From positions 32,001 through 96,000 of IMG/VR virus record IMGVR_UViG_3300031813_000003: a stretch of 64,000 bases of DNA. One strand, written 5' to 3'. Under the pieces are notes generated by a model. It was not told the origin of the DNA. It made no database searches and saw nothing but the letters and a program-made list of their open reading frames with translations. Positions 18,799-27,053 of the stretch are shown one piece after another. The translations under genes were made by a program, and so were the position numbers. The stretch is from a virus (lineage: Duplodnaviria > Caudoviricetes). Position 1 is the first letter of the stretch. Each line of letters opens with the position of its first letter.

Positions 18799-21486
18799 AT
18801 GGCTATTAAAACACCGGCAGAAAAATATAAGCAATTAGTCAAGATATTCATAAGAAGAATGTCTAAAGACGTTGATAACATTAAACACAGTGTTGCTGGT
18901 GTATATGCTAGGTCTGCTATATCTATTCTCATGGCATCTGATTTAGAAACAATCAAAGACACAAAGAAAAATATGGACCTGATAGTTTCTGAGTACAAAA
19001 GATATAAATCTTCTGAAGTAACATCAACTAAAGATATTGTTAATAACTCAAAATATCTAAATCAAGAATATAAAAGAATAAATCTTGAGCTATCTGCTAC
19101 TAAAGCTAAAAGAAGAAAAATAAGATTGAAAGCTGAACTAGCTGATATAAAACAAAAGAGAATTGATAATGTAAATTCAATAAGGGATATTAAAAATAAA
19201 TTTAAAATATCAGATGATATTATCAATAAAGTATCAGGATTTTTAAAATCACAAAATGGTGTTAAGATAAATGATAATTATATTAGACTAACTGATATTC
19301 AAAATATTGACTCTGTATCAAGAAGAAAAGATTTACTAAAAAAAGGAGCTTTGGGTGGATTAGCAGCATTAACAAAAAGCTCTATTCCTTTGTTAATACC
19401 AAGAGGAATTAAAGGTATTAAAGAAGGATGGAAAAATTTTAATAACAATAGTAAATCAGGGAAAGCATCTTTACTCGGTGCTGGTTTATTAGGAGGACTA
19501 GGAATTTTAGCAGGAAGCCCTGCTGCTATGATGGGGGCTGCATATCTAAAAGGTAAATCAAATGAGCATCTTCAAAAGAAAAATGATTTTTCTGAACAGA
19601 TAAAAAGAATAAATTCTAACATTTTAAGGGAACAGTTAAATCACAAACGTGATCCTTCAAGGACTGCTAGTAAAACAAATTCATTTGAAGAAGCTTTAAT
19701 TCAATCTCTTGAGAAATCACATCCAGGGATCAGAAAAGAATTACGTCCAGCACTTCGTGGTCATAAACATGGAGGAACATTTCAAACAATTGGGCCTACT
19801 AGAATAGGAAATCATGATATAGCTGGAGAAGCAGGACCAGAAACTATAAAGATTATACCAAAAGGAAAAGACCCTGTAGTTACTAGCATTGAGAAGACAA
19901 ATAGTATTCTTAATGATATGAGACATTCACAAGAAGAATCAGCTATTAAGGTAGGTCTTGCTAATAAAGATAAAAACGAAAAGTTAGATGTAAAAGCTAC
20001 ATCAAATGTTTTTGGTTCTGCTATCACTAAAAATACAAAAGGCGAGACTGGTCTTTTAACTACACTTCTTGAAGCTGAATTTTTAACACCAATATTGGCA
20101 CCGTTAATTACTAGTGTAGCAAATGTAGCAAAACCATTATTATTAAAAAGTGTTAGTATGGCAGGGCGAGGATTACTTAGAGGAGCAGGTATTGGTGCTG
20201 CTGGATCAGCCGCTTATTTTGGAGTTACTGATGCTATTAAAGCGGTTAAAACAGGTAAATCAACATCAAATGATTATGCTAGAAAATTAGGATTTGTTAA
20301 ATCTAAAGAAGATATTGATAGTGGTACTGATTCAAGATCAAAATGGAATCCTTTATCCTGGGCTGGAAGAGGTATAGATACTTTGGCGGAAGGTGCTGCT
20401 AAATTATCTGTTATTATCACTGAAGATAAATCAAAAACAACTGCTGATTTATTAACAAAGGCTGATGAAAATAAAACTCTAATGGAGAAGATGAATTCCA
20501 TTTGGAGTGATCCAAGCAAATCACCACTTCAAAAATTAGGTGGAATGTTTTCATCAACAATGAATTCTATTGGTAGTGGAATTAAAAATATATTTCCACA
20601 TAAACCAGCAGAATTTGATGTATCAAAACTAAAGAATGGTGTAGGTTCTGTTGCGGAAAAATATGAATCAGGTGGAAGAGGAGCAGGAACTATATCATCA
20701 GGGTCAGGAGATTTTGGAGGTAAGTCATATGGAACTTTTCAATTATCATCAAAATCAGGAACTCTAAATTCATTTTTAAAACAATCACCATATGCTAAAG
20801 AATTTAATGGACTTCAGCCAGGATCAACTGAATTTGATTCTAAATGGAAAGATTTAGCTAAGAATGATCCTGGATTTGGCAAAGCTCAACACGATTATAT
20901 AGCACAAACTCATGCTGCGCCACAGATGGATAAGTTAAAAAAATTAGGTTTAGATACTAATAGTAAAGCATTACAAGAAATGGCTTTCTCTACTGGAACT
21001 CAATATGGTCCTGATTCTAACATTATTGAAGAAGCTATCAAAGCATCAGGGAAAGACCCATCCAAACTATCAACTAAAGAAGTTATTGATATAGTTCAGG
21101 ATTACAAAGCATCTACTGTTGGTAGTAAGTTTAAATCATCTAGCCCTAGTGTTCAAGCAGGAGTTGCACGTAGACATGGTGTTGATGAAAAATCTGACTT
21201 AATGCAGATAGCAGATTATGAAGCTAAAGTTAAACCAAAAAATGTACAAGAAGGATCAATTAAAAATATTAAAGGTAATGCTACTAATGGATCAGAAGGT
21301 AGTAATCTTACAAACAAAGAGACTGCAACTGATGCTTTTGCTAATGCTAATGCAGCTAAAGGAACTCAGGCAGCTATAAATAATACCGTTCTAGGAGGGT
21401 CAACACCCACTCCTCCATCACCAACACCTAATATTTTTACAGGAGATCAAATAAGTTATGCTACTAGATTAGCAAAATCTTATTAA
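18799..21486 (+). CDS. Tape measure/hub protein (gp29-like) with C-terminal lysozyme-like domain
   Basis: 895 aa, helical Gly/Ala/Lys-rich, AGEAGPE motif, AEKYESGGRG.GTIS.G.GD.GGKSYGTFQL; position between gp26/51 and gp48. Confidence 0.75.
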   Translation: MAIKTPAEKYKQLVKIFIRRMSKDVDNIKHSVAGVYARSAISILMASDLETIKDTKKNMDLIVSEYKRYKSSEVTSTKDIVNNSKYLNQEYKRINLELSATKAKRRKIRLKAELADIKQKRIDNVNSIRDIKNKFKISDDIINKVSGFLKSQNGVKINDNYIRLTDIQNIDSVSRRKDLLKKGALGGLAALTKSSIPLLIPRGIKGIKEGWKNFNNNSKSGKASLLGAGLLGGLGILAGSPAAMMGAAYLKGKSNEHLQKKNDFSEQIKRINSNILREQLNHKRDPSRTASKTNSFEEALIQSLEKSHPGIRKELRPALRGHKHGGTFQTIGPTRIGNHDIAGEAGPETIKIIPKGKDPVVTSIEKTNSILNDMRHSQEESAIKVGLANKDKNEKLDVKATSNVFGSAITKNTKGETGLLTTLLEAEFLTPILAPLITSVANVAKPLLLKSVSMAGRGLLRGAGIGAAGSAAYFGVTDAIKAVKTGKSTSNDYARKLGFVKSKEDIDSGTDSRSKWNPLSWAGRGIDTLAEGAAKLSVIITEDKSKTTADLLTKADENKTLMEKMNSIWSDPSKSPLQKLGGMFSSTMNSIGSGIKNIFPHKPAEFDVSKLKNGVGSVAEKYESGGRGAGTISSGSGDFGGKSYGTFQLSSKSGTLNSFLKQSPYAKEFNGLQPGSTEFDSKWKDLAKNDPGFGKAQHDYIAQTHAAPQMDKLKKLGLDTNSKALQEMAFSTGTQYGPDSNIIEEAIKASGKDPSKLSTKEVIDIVQDYKASTVGSKFKSSSPSVQAGVARRHGVDEKSDLMQIADYEAKVKPKNVQEGSIKNIKGNATNGSEGSNLTNKETATDAFANANAAKGTQAAINNTVLGGSTPTPPSPTPNIFTGDQISYATRLAKSY

Positions 21487-21495
21487 GATATAATT

Positions 21496-22200
21496 ATGGG
21501 TATACTTCAATTTCCATCAAAATTTGCTAATAATATGCCTTGGGTACATTTGCAAGCATTTACATATGCATTCCCAACTCCTGATACTACTATTTTAAGT
21601 AAGATAAATCCTAAAACAGCAACAGGGGATATTATTGCTCTATATATGCCTGGGGAATTTACTGAATCTGCTGAAGCTTCCTGGGGATTAGAAGAAACAA
21701 TGAGATCAAGTGGGAATTGGGGAGCATGGGCAACAGCAAATGCAGCTGCTGCTCTTGATGCTACCGGTGCTGGTGCTAAAGTACTTGCTACAGCAAAAGC
21801 AACTGCAGGTAGATTGCCATTTCCAACAGATGTTGCAATATTTCAGTATATAAGTCCTTTAAGTTTTTCTTTGAACTTTAATATGATTCCTTTTGATAAA
21901 GAAGAAGGTGATGCTATTGTATCTATATGTCAAACATTTAAGAAATTACAAGCACCTAAAGTAGATGGTTCACTTGAGAATGTTTTATTAAAATTTCCAG
22001 CAATATGGGATATACAATTTGTTGGTATTAATGGTGTAGCATATAATATAGATAGCAAATATGAAAATATGGCATTAACTCATTGCTCAGTATCTTATAT
22101 ATCAGGGACTGAAGGTGCATCAGTGTATGCAGATAAAAATCCTACCCAGGTTAAGTTAAGTTTAACTTTTCAAGGTATACAAAAATTCTTTTTACAGTAA
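21496..22200 (+). CDS. gp48: Baseplate tail-tube cap (gp48-like)
   Basis: LQFP, IALYMP, FSLNFNMIP...EEG.AIV.IC..FK, ALTHCSVSY, PTQVKLSLTF. Confidence 0.7.
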   Translation: MGILQFPSKFANNMPWVHLQAFTYAFPTPDTTILSKINPKTATGDIIALYMPGEFTESAEASWGLEETMRSSGNWGAWATANAAAALDATGAGAKVLATAKATAGRLPFPTDVAIFQYISPLSFSLNFNMIPFDKEEGDAIVSICQTFKKLQAPKVDGSLENVLLKFPAIWDIQFVGINGVAYNIDSKYENMALTHCSVSYISGTEGASVYADKNPTQVKLSLTFQGIQKFFLQ

Positions 22201-22212
22201 TAGGATCATATC

Positions 22213-22716
22213 ATGGCAGATTTTTCTTATTTTGATCAGTTCCCTGATATGGAGATTGATTTAACAGCGTATTTACAATCAATAACTTTATCAGGGTCTG
22301 TATATACATTTAGTAACTTACAACCAGTTGTTACAACTATTAGTAATATGTTCACAAAATTGGATATAGTATTTGACTATCAAAAGAATGTTGACCTTAT
22401 TCTTAACTATCAGATAGCTGATGATGAATTTATTGAGACTGTATCTTATAATACATATGGATCAACTGATTATTGGTGGATAATAGCATTATTCAATAAC
22501 ATTAAAGAACCATTTAATGATTGGCCGTTATCACATTCAGAAGTAGTACAAGTTGCAACAAATATGTTTAACAACGAAAGAAAATATAGTTATAATACTT
22601 ATCTTGATTTAGTATCAGCAAACAATGAATTAAAAAGAAATATTATACTTCCAAAAAATGATGTTGTTAGTGATATCATTTGGGATTATCGTCAAGCTAT
22701 TCTAGGTAACCAATGA
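22213..22716 (+). CDS. gp53: Baseplate wedge protein (gp53-like)
   Basis: SYFDQFP, VSYNTYGSTDYWWIIALFNNI..PFNDWPLS. Confidence 0.85.
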   Translation: MADFSYFDQFPDMEIDLTAYLQSITLSGSVYTFSNLQPVVTTISNMFTKLDIVFDYQKNVDLILNYQIADDEFIETVSYNTYGSTDYWWIIALFNNIKEPFNDWPLSHSEVVQVATNMFNNERKYSYNTYLDLVSANNELKRNIILPKNDVVSDIIWDYRQAILGNQ

Positions 22717-23960
22717 GCAATAATAAAACAGTTGAAATAGTCAAAATTAGAAAAGTTACAATCAAAGGATATAAGATTGAAACTTCCTTTATTACAAATA
22801 TAGAAATATACGAGTCAATAACTCAACCTGGGATAACAGGATTTATTGATATCAAAGACTATCAAGCTTTACAGGAAGTAGGAAATATTTTTGCTGATGA
22901 TGATATCATTATCACTATTGGAGTTGATGGTGATGAAACTAATGAGTTAAATCTAAAATTTAAAATATTCACAAATGAAGGGTCAAGACAATTAGCACTA
23001 AACACATATGACTTTTTAAGATTAGGATTTTGTTCCCCCTGGTTGATTGATGGTCTAACTGTATTAATGTCTAAACCATATGAGAATAAATTTGTATCAG
23101 AAATCGTCCAAGATTTGCTTGTATCCTGTGGTGCAACTATAGGGTATATAGAACCTACCAAAACTAAATTGGAGAACTTTGTAAGCCCTCTATGGACTCC
23201 ATATCATACAATAAAACATCTACTAGGATACGCAATCAACAATTCTAAAGTTGGAGGGTATCTTTGTTGGACTGATTTAAAAACTGGAAAGGTAAATGTA
23301 ACTACATTAGATTATATGTTAAAAGGTACGTTAGGTAAGTATGTTGATCCTTATGGATTCCAAGTTAACCCAGGAAATATGAGATATAGTGGTAGAGTTA
23401 AAAGTATGTCTATTGAAAATTCATATGACACAATTCGTATGATCAATACTGGTATACCAACAACCAAGTATTATGCTTTTAATTATGATACTTCTAAAGT
23501 CATATCATCTAAAAACACAATGAGTGATGATAAACAAACTAGATTAGGGGCAAAATTTCCTATAACATCAAAATATAAAGATAAAAAATATATAACCACA
23601 AAATTTACTTCTCTTTTTCCTGAAACTGCCGAATCGATAGCATCAGATGATACAAAACTTACTGATTTAATTGAAGGTATTGAAAGTAATAAATATTCAA
23701 TGTTAATGACAGATGCTATTAAGATCAATATTGAATCCCTAGGTGAAACAAATAGAAGAGTTGGATGGTTAGCTCAATTATCATATCCTTCTGTTGGTGT
23801 TAATTCAGGGGATAAATCAGGAAACAAACAGTTAAAAGGATTATATCTTATAAGAGAAATAAAACATACATTCTCTTTATATAATGATTATAATCAATAC
23901 ATCACTTTGGTATCTGATGGTTATAAAGATTCACCTCTAGACCTCATACCATTAAAATAA
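22713..23960 (+). CDS. gp27: Baseplate hub protein (gp27-like)
   Basis: IEIYESI..P.ITG.I.I.D; LKGLYLIREIKHTF; synteny between gp53 and gp5. Confidence 0.65.
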   Translation: MSNNKTVEIVKIRKVTIKGYKIETSFITNIEIYESITQPGITGFIDIKDYQALQEVGNIFADDDIIITIGVDGDETNELNLKFKIFTNEGSRQLALNTYDFLRLGFCSPWLIDGLTVLMSKPYENKFVSEIVQDLLVSCGATIGYIEPTKTKLENFVSPLWTPYHTIKHLLGYAINNSKVGGYLCWTDLKTGKVNVTTLDYMLKGTLGKYVDPYGFQVNPGNMRYSGRVKSMSIENSYDTIRMINTGIPTTKYYAFNYDTSKVISSKNTMSDDKQTRLGAKFPITSKYKDKKYITTKFTSLFPETAESIASDDTKLTDLIEGIESNKYSMLMTDAIKINIESLGETNRRVGWLAQLSYPSVGVNSGDKSGNKQLKGLYLIREIKHTFSLYNDYNQYITLVSDGYKDSPLDLIPLK

Positions 23961-23970
23961 GGAAATATTA

Positions 23971-24264
23971 ATGCAAGGGCATGAACTTGGTTTAAATACA
24001 GAAACTTCACTAGATGGAATTTTTATTGCCCAAGTGATAGATAATAATGATCCTAAAGCACTAGAGCGTGTTAGGGTAAGGGTAATCGGTGTTCACAATA
24101 TGGAGAATGAAGATATTAAAAATTCTGTATGGTCAAATCATATAGCCGCATCCAAAAGTAACTCAGGTGAAATTCCTGATGTAAATGATTTTCTTTATGT
24201 TACTTTTATTCAGGGTAATCCTGGGCATTGCTGTTGGTTAGGATGGTGTAGGAGTATTAAATAA
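23971..24264 (+). CDS. gp5 N-terminal OB-fold domain (stand-alone)
   Basis: VIDNNDP..LERVRVRVIGVH...W...P.V.D..YV.F. Confidence 0.8.
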   Translation: MQGHELGLNTETSLDGIFIAQVIDNNDPKALERVRVRVIGVHNMENEDIKNSVWSNHIAASKSNSGEIPDVNDFLYVTFIQGNPGHCCWLGWCRSIK

Positions 24265-25193
24265 TGGCAGATACATTTTATGATAGAATACCTGGGCAAT
24301 CATCAACATCTAAGTATATTCAGGTAAACAAAACTAACACTGATGGTTCATATAAAACAGATAATTCTGTTCTTTCAGGAACACCTTCAGATAAAATAAT
24401 CACACCAAATCTAAAATCAGATACACAAACTACAGTATCATTTGTAACAAATCCATTAGCTAAACTATTGGGATTTGTTTCTTCTTTGATACCTTCAAAA
24501 AATAGTACTAAAGTTTCTGAACCTGCTCCAACAGATAACAAAGCACAATATGGAAAAATTCAAGTAAAAGAAAGTAAAGCAGGATTTGTTACTATTACAG
24601 ATGATACTCCTGGGAATGTAAGATATATAAATCTTCATCCTAGTGGTACATATAATTCAATGTTAAATAATGGCGATTATCAAACAAAGACAACTGGTGA
24701 TAAACAGGAGATTACTGATGGTAATTGGAATATAATTACCAGTAAAGACAAAGTTGAAATTGTGGTAGGGGAATCTAAAATTGAAATACGAAAAAACTTA
24801 CAATCAAACATTAATGGTGATTCTAACTTTAATACCAATGGAGTACAAAACTCTGTTGTATATGGTGATGTATCCAACGATTACAAGAGTTCATATAATG
24901 GAAAGATTTCAAATGACTACAATGAAAGTGTTGGAGGCAACAAAACTGAAAAAACTTCAGGGAATTTAATAGAAACTATAAATGGTAATCACAAAGAAAC
25001 TATATCAGGATCATTAACATTAACTGTAGTTGGTAATATAAACATTGTGTGCGGAGGCAACGCACATATAATGTCATCAGGGGATACAAATATTAGTTCT
25101 AATGGAAGTATTAATGTATCAAGTACTGGAATTTGTAAATTAGAATCAGCAAGTAGTGTAGTATTATCAGCACCCTCAATTCAACTAGGATAA
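24264..25193 (+). CDS. gp5 C-terminal beta-helix spike
   Basis: ESKAG....DDTPG..R.I...HPSGTY and many V/I-x-G-N/D 8-mer repeats. Confidence 0.8.
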   Translation: MADTFYDRIPGQSSTSKYIQVNKTNTDGSYKTDNSVLSGTPSDKIITPNLKSDTQTTVSFVTNPLAKLLGFVSSLIPSKNSTKVSEPAPTDNKAQYGKIQVKESKAGFVTITDDTPGNVRYINLHPSGTYNSMLNNGDYQTKTTGDKQEITDGNWNIITSKDKVEIVVGESKIEIRKNLQSNINGDSNFNTNGVQNSVVYGDVSNDYKSSYNGKISNDYNESVGGNKTEKTSGNLIETINGNHKETISGSLTLTVVGNINIVCGGNAHIMSSGDTNISSNGSINVSSTGICKLESASSVVLSAPSIQLG

Positions 25194-25196
25194 AGA

Positions 25197-25982
25197 ATGA
25201 ATACAGATATTTTTAAGTCAAATATTAACATTATACCAAAAAGCTCTTCTGATATTAATATAATATTTTCTATAGCTTATTCTGAGTATCAAGCAGATGT
25301 TGTAATATTAAATACATTAAGTATTGGTAGTGTTATCCTTCAGAATGCTATATCTTCTGCTATATTAATGTTAAATGATGAAGTGTATGGGACTATTATC
25401 AAAGGATTGAGTGCTTTAAATGCAATAAAGAAACTTATACCAAATCCAGTGGTATCCAAAATGGATAAAGAAATTGGTATTGTAGGTGATATACTAGCAG
25501 CACAATGTACTGATTATATGAATTCACTTCCCGAAGAACTATTCAATATACTCCAAGATATACAATATCTACTTGAAACTGATATAACTATAAATTTAGG
25601 TGGCTTAACTGATAAGATTGTAAAAAGTATCATTGCAATGAAAAATGATGCCTTAATAGAGGTACTTGGAAGTGATACTTTTAATACTATAATTTCACCA
25701 TTAATTGTTTATAATGATTTTTTGATAGATAATGATATAATGGTATTAGTAAATAGATTAGATAGACTAGAAAGATGTATGACGAAGCCTGGGATTGCTA
25801 ATGTTCCTAAATCATATTTTATTGAACCCACAAGTAAGAAATTGTATTCTGTATATTTTAGGAATCTTTTTATGATGGATTACTCTGGAGGAATTGATAT
25901 TAGAGATTTGGGATCAACTTCAAAAAGTAAATCACAAATCTCTAATCTAATAAGTTCTCTTAACAATTTTAGATTGACTTAA
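25197..25982 (+). CDS. Hypothetical protein ending the baseplate operon
   Basis: 261 aa ORF coupled to gp5; no recognised motif. Confidence 0.5.
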   Translation: MNTDIFKSNINIIPKSSSDINIIFSIAYSEYQADVVILNTLSIGSVILQNAISSAILMLNDEVYGTIIKGLSALNAIKKLIPNPVVSKMDKEIGIVGDILAAQCTDYMNSLPEELFNILQDIQYLLETDITINLGGLTDKIVKSIIAMKNDALIEVLGSDTFNTIISPLIVYNDFLIDNDIMVLVNRLDRLERCMTKPGIANVPKSYFIEPTSKKLYSVYFRNLFMMDYSGGIDIRDLGSTSKSKSQISNLISSLNNFRLT

Positions 25983-26419
25983 CGCCCATTAATGAATTTT
26001 AGATATTCTATATAAGTTTTAACTTCCCATTTCTTTTCAGTTAGTGCGGCAATAACTGATTTTATATAGTTAACTACTTCCTGAACTGTACAGGTTAAAT
26101 TATATATATCCACATACCCAGGATCACTAGTAATGAATAGATCATATTCAGTTTTAGTAGTCAATTTCCTAGGAGATTCTATATCATAAAATTCATATAA
26201 TTCTCTATAATGTTTAATTCTCTTTGCTTCATATCCTCGCAATAGCGTATCCCATTCACATTTGATATTGATCCATTTTGAAAGACTCATGGTTATGTTG
26301 AAAGCTGAATCAAGTTTTTGTTTATCCCAAAAACAATCTGCCTTTGATTCCGCTTTCAACATATTATATCTTTCATATATAATCTCAAGTTTTGCTTTAC
26401 TATCAATCTTTTCTGCCAT
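25979..26419 (-). CDS. uvsY: Recombination mediator UvsY
   Basis: 146 aa helical, KLTTKTEYDLFITSDP...K.WEVK..IEYLKFING; next to uvsW as in T4. Confidence 0.7.
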   Translation of the reverse strand: MAEKIDSKAKLEIIYERYNMLKAESKADCFWDKQKLDSAFNITMSLSKWINIKCEWDTLLRGYEAKRIKHYRELYEFYDIESPRKLTTKTEYDLFITSDPGYVDIYNLTCTVQEVVNYIKSVIAALTEKKWEVKTYIEYLKFINGR

Positions 26420-26428
26420 ATATCTCCT

Positions 26429-26650
26429 TTATCTTTTTACTTCTATTTTCTTATCAGCTGGTGCAAAAATTCCTTTTACTATTGCTCCCGCAAGGATAAC
26501 TGCTGGAATAAGTTGTGTTGCGATAATCAAACTTAAGATACCAAATGCACCATAAGTGATTAGATTCTCATTACCCTGATATTCAACAGCAAACATAACC
26601 ATAAGTGCTAAGGTTGCAATAATTCCGATTACATAAAAATTGATTTTCAT
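26429..26650 (-). CDS. Small two-TM membrane protein
   Basis: GAFGILSLIIATQLIPAVILAGAIVKGIF; AAGGA RBS. Confidence 0.7.
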   Translation of the reverse strand: MKINFYVIGIIATLALMVMFAVEYQGNENLITYGAFGILSLIIATQLIPAVILAGAIVKGIFAPADKKIEVKR

Positions 26651-26698
26651 TTTGCTACCATCCTTTTAAACTTCATTTAACTTCTATACCAAGGATGT

Positions 26699-26806
26699 AG
26701 CATTTTATATGCCAATTTATTATATATGTATTTTCAACTACTTATACACAAAATATTTTAACTTGATGATTTGATTATACATACATGTATATTTAATCCA
26801 TACATG
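26699..26806 (-). promoter_or_regulatory. sigma54 (-24/-12) promoter with IHF-like site and upstream inverted repeat
   Basis: Minus strand TTGGCATATAAAATGCT (26715-26699); TTTCAACTACTTA (26732-26744); CATGTAT-N9-ATACATG (26784-26806). Confidence 0.6.
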
Positions 26807-26992
26807 CAATAATAACGATAACTATCATGACAAACCAAAAAAGTTTATCATCATTCATATTTTTACCCTCCATTATTTTTTGATTTCATGATATCCATAT
26901 TTAGCTCAATTTCTCAGATAAATATGGATATGATCCAGAGGACTCAAATACATCCAGGATAAATCTTACCCTGCTCCAGAGGGGCGTTTTTC

Positions 26993-27022
26993 ATTATACA
27001 CCCGCTTTTGGGGTTTTGTCAA
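26993..27022 (-). promoter_or_regulatory. Consensus sigma70 promoter facing uvsY
   Basis: Minus strand TTGACA-18-TATAAT. Confidence 0.7.
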
Positions 27023-27053
27023 GTTTAATTCAAAATAAATTAAGGAACGAATC

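Noticed and set aside
24700-25190. Periodic repeats in the gp5 C-terminal gene
   Set aside because: Expected 8-residue beta-helix repeats, not a DNA-level repeat system or DGR target; no reverse transcriptase is present in the window.
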